This document shows positions 1-14,567 of a stretch of DNA of 64,000 nt, piece after piece. Within the stretch, counting starts at the first letter, position 1; each line of letters opens with the position of its first letter. Below the pieces are notes generated by a model that had not been told where the DNA came from, did no database searches, and saw nothing but the letters and a program-made list of their open reading frames with translations. Source of the stretch: Eledone cirrhosa. Lineage: Eukaryota. The translations under genes were made by a program, and so were the position numbers. Location: NCBI GenBank assembly GCA_964016885.1, contig OZ024751.1, forward strand, positions 30,070,001 through 30,134,000, in the 5' to 3' direction.

Positions 1-490
1 AATGTATGTATCTATGCATATATATATATATGTATATATATATATATTGTATATATGTGTGTATGGGGACTATATTGGTTGGTGTGTATGTGTGTTTGTA
101 TGTTAAAAACCTTAAGCTTATGAAACAAACATGTCCTTTATAATGAACACTCGTGTGTGTGTATGTGTATATATATGTGTGTGTATATATGTGTGTGTAT
201 GTGTGTGTATGTGTGTGTATGTGTGTGTACCATCATTATCATTTTTATGTCTCTTTTTCCATGCTTGACTAAGTTAAATGAGTCTCCCTGTTTAGAATGT
301 TCCTTCAATTGTTCTGTTTCTTCAACATCTCCTCTGTAAACTTCAGTGTCCTAGGATCAACTCTCACCACATTTCACTACGGGCCTGCTACCAGTATTGG
401 AACCAGATGTTTTGTTCGAGGACCTAGTCCCAGAAAAAGGCTACAGGCATTGTCCTCCCACCTGAGTTACACAGTATACATTTCCATATC

Positions 491-1270
491 ACCTGTGTTA
501 CACAATATCCACTGCCTTCCACCTGGGTTACACAATATCCACTGCCTTCCACCTGGGTTACACAATATCCACTGCCTTCCACCTGGGTTACACAATATCC
601 ACTGCCTTCCACCTGTGTTACACAATATCCACTGCCTTCCACCTGGGTTACACAATATCCACTGCCTTCCACCTGGGTTACACAATATCCACTGCCTTCC
701 ACCTGGGTTACACAATATCCACTGCCTTCCACCTGGGTTACACAATATCCACTGCCTTCCACCTGGGTAACACAATATCCACTACCTACCACCTGGGTAA
801 CACAATATCCACTACCTTCCACCTGGGTAACACAATATCCACTGCCTTCCACCTGGGTTACACAATATCCACTGCCTTCCACCTGGGTTACACAATATCC
901 ACTACCTACCACCTGGGTTACACAATATCCACTGCCTTCCACCTGGGTTACACAATATCCACTGCCTTCCACCTGGGTTACACAATATCCACTACCTTCC
1001 ACCTGGGTTACACAATATCCACTACCTACCACCTGGGTTACACAATATCCACTGCCTTCCACCTGGGTTACACAATATCCACTGCCTTCCACCTGGGTTA
1101 CACAATATCCACTGCCTTCCACCTGGGTTACACAATATCCACTACCTACCACCTGGGTAACACAATATCCACTGCCTTCCACCTGGGTTACACAATATCC
1201 ACTGCCTTCCACCTGGGTTACACAATATCCACTGCCTTCCACCTGGGTTACACAATATCCACTACCTTCC
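491..1270. repeat. 30-bp minisatellite (ACCTGGGTTACACAATATCCACTGCCTTCC), about 26 copies
   Basis: Exact 30-nt periodicity with few variants; explains the LPPGLHNIHC and EGSGYCVTQV repeat ORFs. Confidence 0.97.
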
Positions 1271-1539
1271 ATATGGAGGGGAGCCAGTTGTAGTAGATGT
1301 TATAGTGTTGGTGGTGTTGGCTGTGGTGGCAGCAGTGGTGCTGATAATGGTAGTAATAGTAGTGGTGGGTATGGTGGTGTTGGTGATGACAGTGGTGGTG
1401 TTGGTGATGACAGTGGTGGTGGTGGTGGCTAGACTTGCTTCTAAAATACACATAAGAAACACTGACATGCACCAGACTCTTGCATACACATACACACATT
1501 GACATACAGATACTTACAGATATGCAAACACACAAACAC

Positions 1540-1860
1540 AGACAAACTTACCCACACGCACTGATATACAGACACATACTTACAAACACAGATACAAACA
1601 TATACACACTTACAGACACAGATACAGACACACACATACTTACAAACACACAGACACAACACACACACTTACAGACACAGATACAGACACACACATACTT
1701 ACAAACACAGATACAGACACACACATACTTACAGACACAGATACAAACATATACACACTTACAGACACAGATACAGACACACACACACTTACAAACACAG
1801 ATACAGACACACACATACTTACAAACACAGATACAGACACACACTTACAGACACACACAC
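1540..1860. repeat. CA-rich degenerate minisatellite (ACAGATACAGACACACACATACTTACAAAC-like unit)
   Basis: Periodic repeats seen directly. Confidence 0.85.
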
Positions 1861-2094
1861 ACTGCACGTGTGCATGCCCCACTAAAGAAAGTATTTGATC
1901 AAGTGAACCAGTGATTAACTTTTCTTTATAACCACTCATTTCCATAAAACTTGTCTCATCTTTCTTCATCTCAGCCTCCCCCTCCTCCTCCACCACCACC
2001 TCTGCTTTATTATCTCCCCTCATACTCTCTTTTTCTGACATGTTTATCTATGCTCTTTCTATATATATATATATGTGTGTATGTTGATGATGAT

Positions 2095-2136
<42 letters not shown>

Positions 2137-2182
2137 ATCATGTATCATCATTGTGTGCCCATTTTTCATCATGGCATGAGTA

Positions 2183-2228
<46 letters not shown>

Positions 2229-2233
<5 letters not shown>

Positions 2234-2440
2234 AACGAGTAGGACCCCAACGGCTGAGCTCAAGCCGTTTCGACGGCTAATTCTGGACTAGAAGTCTGTA
2301 AGTCCAGAATTAGCCGTGGAAACGGCTTGAGCTCAGCCGTCGGGGTCCTACTCATTCCTATTACCCACTCTACTACCCTAAGTATTGAGTACTTTGGTGC
2401 GTTATGGTCCATCTGGTTCCTTACCACATTTCCTTCGTTA
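2229..2440 (+). mobile_element. Fold-back element in (TA)n, family A; carries a partial hammerhead; probable Penelope-like pLTR remnant
   Basis: Inverted arms 2229-2289 and 2301-2361; GAA-ACGGCT..AGCCGT-C-GGGG gives stem III plus a GUC site; (TA)n on both sides; related copies at 2637, 5959 and 45780. Confidence 0.7.
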
Positions 2441-2636
2441 TATATATATATATATATATGTCTATGTGTATATATATATATATCAAATATTAAGCAAGCA
2501 AACCAATGAAAGAGCAGAGATAAGTGATTTGTTAAGATTACAAGCCAGTAGAGAGAGGGACAGTGTGCTCGGTGTGAATAGTTTGTCAGCCTGTAAATAT
2601 ATGTATTCAAAAATTTGTTGTTTTCTCTGACATTGC

Positions 2637-2777
2637 TAAATCCGAATGCTGTCGAAATAGTCGAAACTCAGCCATCGGGGTCCTGACTCTTTTCCTATTA
2701 CCCACTCTACTACCCTAAGTATAGAGTACTCTGGTGTTTTATGGTCCATCTGGTTTCCTACCACCCTTTCTTTGTTA
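2637..2777 (+). mobile_element. Diverged copy of family A element
   Basis: CTCAGCCATCGGGGTCC...CCTATTACCCACTCTACTACCCTAAGTA...GGTCCATCTGG matches 2330-2440. Confidence 0.75.
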
Positions 2778-2881
2778 TATATAGTTAGATAGATAGAGAT
2801 ATGTGTGTGTGTGTGCTCTTTCCTTTCTGCTTTTTCCATGGATCCAGATATATGTATATATATGCATTTATATATATATAT

Positions 2882-2944
<63 letters not shown>

Positions 2945-4758
2945 TATATATATATATATCAACTAGAAATAGATTGACATACATACGTATATATAAAATA
3001 AACATATGAAACGATCACAGGGAATAATTTGTAAAGTGTGTAAGCATACATAAGCTAGTTAGGTAACTAATTAAAGTTTAACTAGAACTTCAAATATAGA
3101 TACCTTTTAAAATGATTAATCTCCTTTGTAAATATATTTCACCAATTAATCGGTAAATCACAGCAGTCAAATCCCGGATGGTCACCAAAGGAGAAGATCC
3201 AACTATCTGCGTTTACACAGCAAATGCAAATCTGTGAATGACTCGTACCACGTGTTGCATTTTTTTAAAAAATACACACATCGCACAGCATCATCCCAGT
3301 GGCGTGAATAGGATTATCAACTGAGTTAGCTCTACAATTAAGGGGCCGTATATATATCCAAAATTAAATTAAATTAAGGGTTGCCATGTCTGAGAGACAT
3401 GCGCCATATCCACTGCAGAATAAGCTCAAAGATTCCAATGAATAGATCCGAGCATTTTATATCAACTAGAAATAGACTGACAGATATATATATAAAATAA
3501 ACATATGAAACAATTACAGAAGAAGAAACAGGGGCTGTTCTTTGCTGGATAACGTGTATTTATAAATAAGAGGAAAGCATGAACAGGAGAAAATTTTCCT
3601 TCATCAGTTATCTGCTGGGGATCATGGATATTTCTATGCATTTGTGTGTGTGAGGTTTTCTTAGAAAATGAAAAATAACCGAGGTGTCCTACACGAGTGA
3701 AAGTATAAAGAAAAAAAGATGAAATCGAAAATGCAACTGGAGTCTTATTTTTTAAAAAATATATTTATTTAGTTCCTTTACTGGTTTCGCAGTTCTTCTG
3801 CTTTTATATATATATATGTGTGTGTGTGTGTGTGAAAACCATAATGACCATTTTATGTCTATAAGGCTTGATTTCCTACAGACAGATACCTTTCATAATG
3901 CCAACTCTGTATATTTATATCTTCAATAAGAAGATATATAGAGAATGCTCTCTGTATGAATCTTCTGTTCAATGAAATCTTTAATATCTTGTATTGGTTG
4001 GGTTTACCTGACAATTACCCAATTCTGTCTGGAGTCTTCTTTGTATCTCTAACTTTATATAAAAGACACTACAGACCCTATCTCCTGACCAACTTGGTAA
4101 ACTTGTATGAAACAGGAAAATCATTTAATTATCTGCTGAACTTTTTATTTTACTTTTTGTTAATTCTTTGTTTCTTTATTGTGAATTTTTTTCTCTGTTC
4201 ATGTTCTTTTTCTGTTTTCTGTTTTCTTCTTTTATTTTCTCCTCTCTTCTCATTCTTCTTTGTCTTCCCCTTTTCTTCTCAGTTTTTCTTTCTTCTGTCT
4301 TCTCCTTGTTTTTCTTCTTCTCTCTTTTCATTCTTCTTCTATCTTCCTGCTTTTCTTCTCTTTCTTCTTCTTCTTCTTCTTCTTCTTCTTCTTCTTCTTC
4401 TTCTTCTTCTTCTTCTTCTCGTTCCCTTTACCTCCTCCTCCTCCCCTAGTTTTTCTTCTGTCTTCTTCCATAGACCATTCCACATGATGCTATATTTGCT
4501 CACACAATCTTTAAAGAATTTGACAAACATTCAGGTGTAGGAGCTGAGCTGTCAAAACAAGGTTGGAATGATCAGCCAATTCTTGGTTTGGTCACAAGAA
4601 TACAAAACCAAAACCTCCAAGAAAAAATGATGATAGCCATACAAATAAATCTTTTTTTCTTTGAATAGAAGTGTGCCATCTCTTCTATTATGATGTGGGC
4701 ACAACCAAACTAAACATATTCTACCAAAGCACTGTATACACATATTTCACTAAACCAC

Positions 4759-4791
<33 letters not shown>

Positions 4792-5457
4792 TCCACTAAA
4801 CCACACACATATATACACACATTTCACCAACACACCACACACATTTCACCAAACCATTACACACTTACACACATTTCACCAAACCACCACACACATTCCA
4901 CAAACCACACACACACTCGCACATATTTCACGAAACCAACACACATGCATTCCACAAACCAATACATACACATTCCACAAACCAATACATACACATTCCA
5001 CAAACCAACACATACATTCCACAAACCAACACATACATTTCACAAGCCACTACACACACATTCCACTATTGTATCTAAATTTTCAAAAGATCTTCCTCTT
5101 TTGAGCAGATGGTGTTTAAATATCTTCAGTGCAATTCTTGTGAAGATGCAATTCTTTACCAAATGTTCCGTTCTATCCTGTCCTTTACCAATCTCTAGCT
5201 TATTACCATCCTGCTGGTATCTTGTCATCTCTCTCTCTTACACACATACGCTCTCTTCCTCTAGGTATCTCTCTCTCTCACTCTCATGCACACACACTCT
5301 CTCTTTCTCTCTCTCTCGCACACATACTCTCTCTCTTCCTTGCTCTCTCTCTCCCTTGCTCTCTCTCTCTTTCTCTCTCTCTCGCACACATACTCTCTCT
5401 CTTCCTTGCTCTCTCTCTCTTACACACACATGCTCTCTCTTCCTCTAGCTATCCCAC

Positions 5458-5488
<31 letters not shown>

Positions 5489-5571
5489 TGCTCTCTCTTC
5501 CTCTAGCTATCCCACTCTCTCTCTCTCTCTCTCTCACACACACATGCTCTCTCTCTCTCTCACACACACAT

Positions 5572-5645
<74 letters not shown>

Positions 5646-5958
5646 ACACACACACATATAACTCTTTATCTATCTATTGCCCTCTCTCTCTCACACACAT
5701 ACACTCTCTATTCCTCTATCTCTTTCTCTACCCCCCCCCCCCCACACACACATATATATATATATATAAGAATAAAGGAACAAAGAATCAGTGTTGCATC
5801 ATAACATATTTAATAACATATTACATATGTTTCACTGTTGATCAACTCAAGGAACTATCTATTATTGATCGAACCTCAGATATGCCTCAATATGTCAGCT
5901 CATCTCTGATTTTGTGTGAATATCTCCAGCACCTTGTTATATATATATATATATATAT

Positions 5959-6084
5959 AACGAAGAAAATGTGGTAAGGAACCAGATGGACCGTAACGCA
6001 CCAAAGTACTCAATACTTAGGGTAGTAGAGTCCAGAATTAGGCGTCAAAACGGCTTGAGCTCAGCCGTCGGGGTCCTACTCGTT

Positions 6085-6088
<4 letters not shown>
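5959..6088. mobile_element. Rearranged family A element (minus-strand tail joined to plus-strand head) in (TA)n
   Basis: 5959-6031 is the reverse complement of about 2369-2440; 6029-6088 matches 2301-2361; joined through a short shared AGT. Confidence 0.8.
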
Positions 6089-6133
<45 letters not shown>

Positions 6134-6496
6134 ATGTGTGTGTATTTGTGCGTGTGTGGGTTTAAGTGGTAAATCTTGCAATCCTTGGTAATTTATATGT
6201 TTTTATGATAGAATGAATTCTTCAGGCAATACAGTGTCTGTGTTATATGATAAATAAAGGAGAAGGAACTAAGACAAATAAAACAAAACAATATATATAC
6301 ATGTATATATATATATATATGTATATAATATATATATATATATATCATCATCTTCATATATATTATATATATATATATAATATATATATTATATATATAT
6401 ATATGTAAATAAATATATACATATATATATAAATAAATATATATGTATATATATAATATATATATACATGTATATATATATATGTATGTATATATG

Positions 6497-6556
<60 letters not shown>

Positions 6557-6628
6557 AATATGTGTTCATTCACACTACTGGGTTCCTCTTGTCTCTACCA
6601 ATTACCGTTCTGTTTCTGTTCAAAGATC

Positions 6629-6684
<56 letters not shown>

Positions 6685-6698
6685 CTCTCGCTCTCTCT

Positions 6699-6732
<34 letters not shown>

Positions 6733-6873
6733 CGCATATATCTATATTCATATCTCTTTCTCTCTCTCTCTTTCTATATATATATATGTATACACATATA
6801 TAAACACACGCACAGATAAATATAGAGAGAGAGATGCATGCATATACATATATATGTATATATACATATACAT

Positions 6874-6906
<33 letters not shown>

Positions 6907-7690
6907 TTCATCTTTCTCTCATTTTCCTTTCCTCTTAAAATTGCTCATTTTCCCTGTGAAATCCGAACAGTTCTAATCAAGCCAGACACATTGGCTAAAA
7001 TTTCAGCTAATTATCTCGGAATGGAACCAAACAAGTAGATACTATTGGTTTCTCTCCGTTGGATTATATATCTGAAATAAATATTAGTTTTTCCTCTTCA
7101 TACTGTTTATCTATGTGATTAGGGTTGAAAACATTAGCAGAGCCACCAGCTAAACCAAACACGACTTTGTTTCTCTTAAATGTCACACTAGTTTGCAGAA
7201 ATCTACAATCCACACGCTTCAGTGAAATGTGAAGCTTCTCTTCTGGTTTCAGGTACCATACCAATATCTTGGTATTCCCTAGAAACCATTTACCATAGTC
7301 AGTCAGTAGTCTTGAAATGGAATGTCTTGAAGAAATATTGCTATTCTATATGTTCAAATGTTAACACAATTTGCAGTATTAGCTCTTAGCATCCTGATAT
7401 GATATAGCAGAAAATGTCTAAAAACAGGTTTGTTAATTCATATCTTTACTAGTAGATAGACTATTGTGAAGATGTACAGTATTATCTCTTAACATTGTGT
7501 AATGATTTAACAAAAAATCTTTAAAAACAGGTTTGTTAATTTAAATGTTTATAGTATCTTTACTTGTGGAAAGATTATTGTGAAACTTTGCAGTATTATC
7601 TCTCAAGATCCTGTTATTATTTAGCATAAAAGGTCTAAAACTAGGTTTGTTAATTCAAATGTAATGTAGAAATTATGCGGCGACACAATG

Positions 7691-7941
7691 AAAAGCACCC
7701 AGCCCATACTGTAAAGTGGTCGTGTAGGTGTCCCTACAAAGAGCACCCAGCCCATACTGTAAAGTGGTCGTGTAGGTGTCATTATAAAAAGCACCCAGCC
7801 CATACTGTAAAGTGGTCGTGTAGGTGTCCCTACAAAGAGCACCCAGCCCATACTGTAAAGTGGTCGTGTAGGTGTCATTATAAAAAGCACCCAGCCCATA
7901 CTGTAAAGTGGTCGTGTAGGTGTCATTACAAAAAGCACCCA
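7691..7941 (+). repeat. 48-bp tandem repeat, 5 copies, amplified from a SINE/LINE 3' module
   Basis: Unit AGCACCCAGCCCATACTGTAAAGTGGTCGTGTAGGTGTC...; runs into GTGGTTGGCATTAGGAAGGGTATCCAGCTGTAGAAAC. Confidence 0.9.
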
Positions 7942-8110
7942 GTATTCACTGAAAATGTGGTTGGCATTAGGAAGGGTATCCAGCTGTAGAAACCAGGCTC
8001 AAATCAGTTCTGTATGAGCAAGACAAGGTCAGCTGATCTCACATTGCTCACAACAGGACAACTCGTCTAACCCATACTAGCATAGTAAAATGGACGTTAA
8101 ATGATGATGT
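7931..8110 (+). mobile_element. SINE/LINE 3' fragment with RTE-type tail
   Basis: Ends CCCATACTAGCATAGTAAAATGGACGTTAAATGATGATG, homologous to the 3' tails of the RTE copies at 24367 and 43461. Confidence 0.75.
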
Positions 8111-8419
8111 TGATTACTAGCAGCAGTAGTAGTAGCAGCAGCATTAGTGTTATTGGTGTTATTATTATAAATGTACACCATCAAATTTTTCTCGCTGTTT
8201 TAATTACATGATAGAAAACTCTTTCATAACGAGGTATATTATTAACAACAAAGCATTACTTAAGTTTTCTTTGAGCAGCACTACATTATTAATAATAATA
8301 ATAATAATAACAACAATAATAATAATAATAATAATGATGATGATGATGTGAATACAGCACCTTCCACACTACTTGAAATAACAAGATATAAGTAGAAGAG
8401 TTTTTGTTATACACTTGAA

Positions 8420-9620
8420 GACACAACCACAACAATAACAACTACAACAATAACAACCACTACAACAACAATCATTGCAACAACCACTACAACAACAACC
8501 ACTGCAACAACCACTACAATAACAACCACTACAACAACCACTACAACAACAACCACTGCAACAACCACTACAAAAACAACCACTACAACAACAACCACTA
8601 CAACAACCACTACAACAACAACCACTACAACAACCACCACAACAACAACAACCACTACAACAACCACCACAACAACCACTACAACGACAACAACCACTAC
8701 AACAACCACCACAACAACAACAACCACTACAACAACCACCACAACAACAACAACCACTACAACAACCACCACAACAACAACAACCACTACAACAACCACT
8801 ACAACGACAACAACCACTACAACAACCACCACCACAACAACAACCACCACAACAACCACCACAACAACCACTACAACGACAACAACCACTACAACAACCA
8901 CCACAACAACAACAACCACTACAACAACCACCACAACAACCACTACAACGACAACAACCACTACAACAACCACTACAACTACAACAACCACTACTACAAC
9001 AACAACAACAACAACATCTTTTCCCAATTGTTAGGAACAAGTGACAGACTCTTGTGTGGTTTCTCTTCATTTGTTTTGACATCAATCAGGGGCTTTTACC
9101 CAACTATCCTCTTTGTCATCCTTGTCATCATCATCATCATCGTCATCTTTGTCATTGTCATCAACATTGCCATCATAATTGTCAACGCCATCGTCACTAT
9201 CATCACCACCAACATCATCCCCATCATCATCACAATCATCATCACCATCATAATCACAACAATCCCCACCATCATCGCAACCATCCCCGCCATCATCATC
9301 ACCACCATCATTATCATCATCATCACCACCAACATCATCACCATCACTACCACCCTCACTACCACCATCACCACCACCACCACCACCATCACCACCACCA
9401 TCACCACCACCACCGTCACCACCACCGTCACCACCACCATTGCCACCACCATCACCACCACCATCACCACCACCATTACCACCATCACCGCCACCATTAC
9501 CACCACCACCACCATTACCACCACCACCATCACCACCACCACCACCATCACCACCACCACCATCACCATCACCACCACCACCACCACCATCACACCCACT
9601 ATCCACATCATCATCATCCT
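8420..9620. repeat. Compound (ACA/ACC/CAT)n trinucleotide microsatellites
   Basis: Low-complexity triplet runs. Confidence 0.95.
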
Positions 9621-10444
9621 TATTTGCTAGCCACACTAAGAAGGAAAGTTGAAATTTCTGTTTGGCCCTTAGTATAGATCTCTCCTTTCAGACTGGCCCC
9701 TGTATAGTTCATGTCTCTCTTCACTGCTACTTTTATTCTATTATTTTAAATGGGGTGGATGTGGGCAGGAAAATACAGGGGTGGAGTGTGTGGGGAAGGG
9801 TTTGAGAGTGCAGGGAAGGGAGTGGACGGGGAATGGGGTGGGTGTGTGCGAAAGGAAATGTAAAAAAAAAAAATGGCCACCAAAAGAAACTTAAAGTGTA
9901 AATGTGTAATGTATGGAAGTTAATGATGTTGTCATTTGCATTATTGAAGGTTCTAGGGGACATCAGGTAAGTGTGGGTGAGAAGGGGGTGTCTGTTGTAA
10001 GAATGATGATATTATTATGATTACAAAGGGACAAGTGGAAGAAGCTTAAAGTTGCTAACTTACTAATGTCGTTTTTTTCTTTTTTTTCTTCTTGTATTTT
10101 TCTTTTTCTGAAATCACATCACACCAAGATAATTCCTAGCAATTGTTGTTGTTATTGTTGTTATTATTGTTAAAGAAATGCTTATTATTATAAAACATAA
10201 AGAAATTATTATTAGTTTAGAAACCCTTATCATCATCATCATTATCATCATTATTATTATTATTAGTAATAGTAGTAGTAGTAGTAGTAGTAGTATATTG
10301 TTGTTATTATTTTTATTATTACAAAATTATGTCCCTCAACTGTCGTTGTTCAGTCATTCATATTCACAATATTTATTCACCAATTTAGTCCCCTTTTGTC
10401 TGCAGACAAGTTCTAGGGGCTGTATGCTTCTGGTAAGTAGTAGC

Positions 10445-10478
<34 letters not shown>

Positions 10479-11188
10479 CTGCTGCAGGTCATGGTGGTGG
10501 TGTTGCTGCTGGTAGATGACCATTTTCTTTTATTTATGTCTTTCTTTCCTACTCGGTGCTAACTCTTCTACTTATGTTATGTCAGGAGAAATTATCCAAC
10601 GAACACAACAACAGCAACAACAACAATATCAACAAAATTATATCTATTAGGGAGAAAAGAAACTAATTATTGTTCCTAATATGGTTCATATTTTTCTGCA
10701 AAGTAAGAACTGATAATGTTTTGTGTGCAGAGAAAGGGTCATGAGTTTTTTCTACTTTTACTTTCACTTTTCATTATTATTATTATTATTATTATTATTT
10801 TTGTTTTTTGTTTTTTTTTGTTTTGTTTTTACACGCAGAAATGCCCATTTGTACCATCCTGTATTGTCCTGTACTGTCCTTAATGTCTACTTTGGGTAAA
10901 CCCTTGTAGTTAATAAAGAAAGCATTATTATTATTGTTGTTGTTGTTGTTGTCGTTGTTGTTGTTGTTATTACTTTTCTTATTATAATTATTGTTATTAT
11001 TATCATTTGAGAACTCCTTATAATAATTATCATCATCATTATCATTCTTGTTGTTATTGTTGTCATTGTTGTTATTGTTGTCAATATTAACAATAAACTC
11101 ATTATATATTAGTGAGAACTTATACAAAATTTTGAAATTGCTTCATTTTTTGTTGTTGTTTTTTGTTTTTGTTTTGTTTCTGCTACAG

Positions 11189-11370
11189 GATGGCACCATA
11201 AGAAGCTGGGACTTAAAGGGAGAGGAATTATGGTGTGTATCTCATGGTATAGAAGCTAAATGTGAGGCTGAAGGGGAACCACAACAGACAAAACCATCTG
11301 CCTGCTTAGCCATCATTCAATGTTTGGTTTACAACGCTCATTCTGGAGCACTAGCTGTCACTTTTGACAG
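11189..11370 (+). CDS. WDR4: WDR4/Trm82-like internal coding exon (DGTIRSWDLKGEELWC...LAVTFDR)
   Basis: Pyrimidine-rich tract and CAG acceptor, GTAAGA donor; WD motif DGTIRSWD resembles WDR4 DGTLRLWE; ends in phase 2, matching the next exon. Confidence 0.85.
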
Positions 11371-11712
11371 GTAAGAAATTGTTATCTTTCATAAGGAGAT
11401 GAGAGGAAATGATATTAGTAATAATAATAATAATAATAATGATGATAATAATGAGCAGTATTTAAAGAATGGCAACAGCAACCACAACAACAGCAAGATC
11501 TTTCTACAAGAAATATATACGTGGAAGGTTGAAGGTGGCAGTAACGAGTGAGTGGAAGAGAGACTAACGAAGTTTTATGACAAAATCATGTGACCATTTT
11601 TTGAAGGTTTCATATTTTGTCATTTTAATTCCCTACATAATATTTTTCTCATTCTTTCTCTCTCTCCCTCTCTCTATCTCTGTGTATATATATATATATA
11701 CACATGTGTGTT

Positions 11713-11764
<52 letters not shown>

Positions 11765-12519
11765 GTATATTATGTATATATGTGTGCATGTATATGTATG
11801 TATATCTTTTTATAGTATGCAATGTATTTAATATATAAAGTATATAGCAGAGTATATACTATATATATTCTAAGTGCTTAAAAAACTCCAAAGTTCGGCT
11901 TATGTACATATATATATATGAGCGAGACATGGTCACCCCACCCAACTTGCCTCTAAATGGGACAAACCCTTCTAGCCCATGCTAGCATAGAAGATAGACA
12001 TTAATCGACGATGATGATGATGATATATGTATATGTATAACTGTGTACAATTGCCTCCTGTGTTTTTTTTTATTATTTTCAACTATATATATATATATAT
12101 ATATGTATGTATATATATATGTGTATATATAGTGTACAAATCAGTATATAGTATGCACAGTATAAAGTTATATATATATGTATATATATGTATATATATA
12201 GTATACAAATCAATCAGTATATAGTATGCACAGTATAAAGTTCTTCACATAGAAATTTGAGGCAAAAATGTCTAAATAAATACATGAATACAGCAGAAGT
12301 ACAAATGTTATGAGCACAAATCCTGGTTTGGTTCCAAACCAGGTCCCAAGGAGTTGTTCTGCTTATTTGAAATAACCAAAATTTGGCAGAATGTGGAAAA
12401 TAGCTGCACAATATTATCACAATCAGAAGCAGTAACAACAACAACTATAACATACAACAACAACAATGGTTCTAAATGTAATTCTGTCTTCTTTCAATGT
12501 TTCATCCTGTTTCCTATAT

Positions 12520-12568
<49 letters not shown>

Positions 12569-12953
12569 TACATATACACATTTGTACATATACTGACACA
12601 TACATACATACAGGCAAACACACCTATAATAAACATGCAGACACACATATATACACACAAACACATGCATGCCTACATATATGCACACATATATACATAC
12701 ATAGATACATATATATATATATACACACATATACTTGCGTACATATATACATACATACTTACATACACATGGAGGACACATACATATATAGATACATTCA
12801 TACATACATTTATATATATATATATATATATATACATACACACACATACATAATACAAACATACAAACATACATGCATGCATACATACATACAAACATAC
12901 ATACATGCATACATACATACATAGCTACATACATACATACAGATCAACACACA

Positions 12954-13013
<60 letters not shown>

Positions 13014-13381
13014 CATGCCCACAGACAACGTGTATGCCCCCATAGTCTACAACTTTAACTAAACAGGCCTCAAAGGAGGGAAAAACACTTTGCCATATAC
13101 AAACAAAACAACAAAAACAATAAACACAATAAAACAAAAAAAAAGCAACAACAGAATAAACACCATGAACACAAAATATATATATTTAGACTGGAAACAT
13201 GAAACCAGAAAGAGAAGGAGTTTCCAATGGAAGTATTCCTTTGGCAATCCAATCTGAAGACAGAGGACTGAAGATAGAAGTCTTTGTGATAATGGAGGGG
13301 GGAGGGGGGGAGTAAAACTGAGGAACTTTTCTTAACATTGATCTGAGTCTAAAACTATCAGGTTTTCTATTGTTTTAATTT

Positions 13382-13478
<97 letters not shown>

Positions 13479-13515
13479 ATATTTATTTATATATATATAT
13501 ATTTATATATATATT

Positions 13516-13546
<31 letters not shown>

Positions 13547-13565
13547 TATATATATATATTATATA

Positions 13566-13600
<35 letters not shown>

Positions 13601-13629
13601 TTATATGCATATGTACCTATATATATATG

Positions 13630-13664
<35 letters not shown>

Positions 13665-14486
13665 TATATATATATGTATATATCATATGTATATATACAC
13701 ATTCACATACATATATGTCCCCTCCCATACCGAGAATCCCTTGGGTCCTACATTGTACTCATACACCTCACCCCTATTCTACTCAAAACACAATTAACCT
13801 CCACCCCTCTTCCTACCCCCAACATACACCTCACATCCCTGCTGCCTTTTGCAAATTGCCCTCAAATGTATAACAAATATATTTTTTTTATTTCTTTCAG
13901 AGCGAACTCTGTACTCTTAGTTTCAGTCTACAGTGTCTCTATCTCTGTGTGTATATATATATGTGTGTATGTGTACCTATATGTGTATATCTATGCATAT
14001 GTGTATATGTACGTATATGTGTGTATATATATATGTGTGTATGTGTACCTATATGTGTATATCTATGCATATGTGTATATGTACGTATATGTGTGTATAT
14101 ATATATATGTGTATGTGTACCTATATATGTATATCTATGCATATGTGTATATGTACATATATGTGTGTATATATATATATATGTATGTGTACCTATATGT
14201 GTATATCTATGCATATGTGTATATGTACGTATATGTGTGTGTATATATATATGTATATATATGTATGTATGGTTGGATGTCTGTCTGTCTGAAATGTCTG
14301 TATGGCAATGCATGATCCCAAGATCCAATCACATTTGCTCTATTTCTTTCTTTGTCCATAACCACAAACACACACTCACATATATATATATATATATATA
14401 CATATACATGTGTGTAATGTGTGTGTATATATATATATATAATTATTTTATTTTCTATTCTATTCCATCCCATCTCTCTCACTCTC

Positions 14487-14567
<81 letters not shown>

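Noticed and set aside
3575-3615. Minus-strand CTGATGA-AGG..CCT
   Set aside because: Followed by GTTC rather than GAAA
8369-9085. Cys/Gly-rich ORF resembling keratin-associated protein or metallothionein
   Set aside because: Reverse strand of an (ACA/ACC)n microsatellite
9900-9972. Strong CAG/GTAAGT donor as an upstream WDR4 exon
   Set aside because: No good acceptor and no WDR4-like peptide; the 5' exons probably lie outside the window
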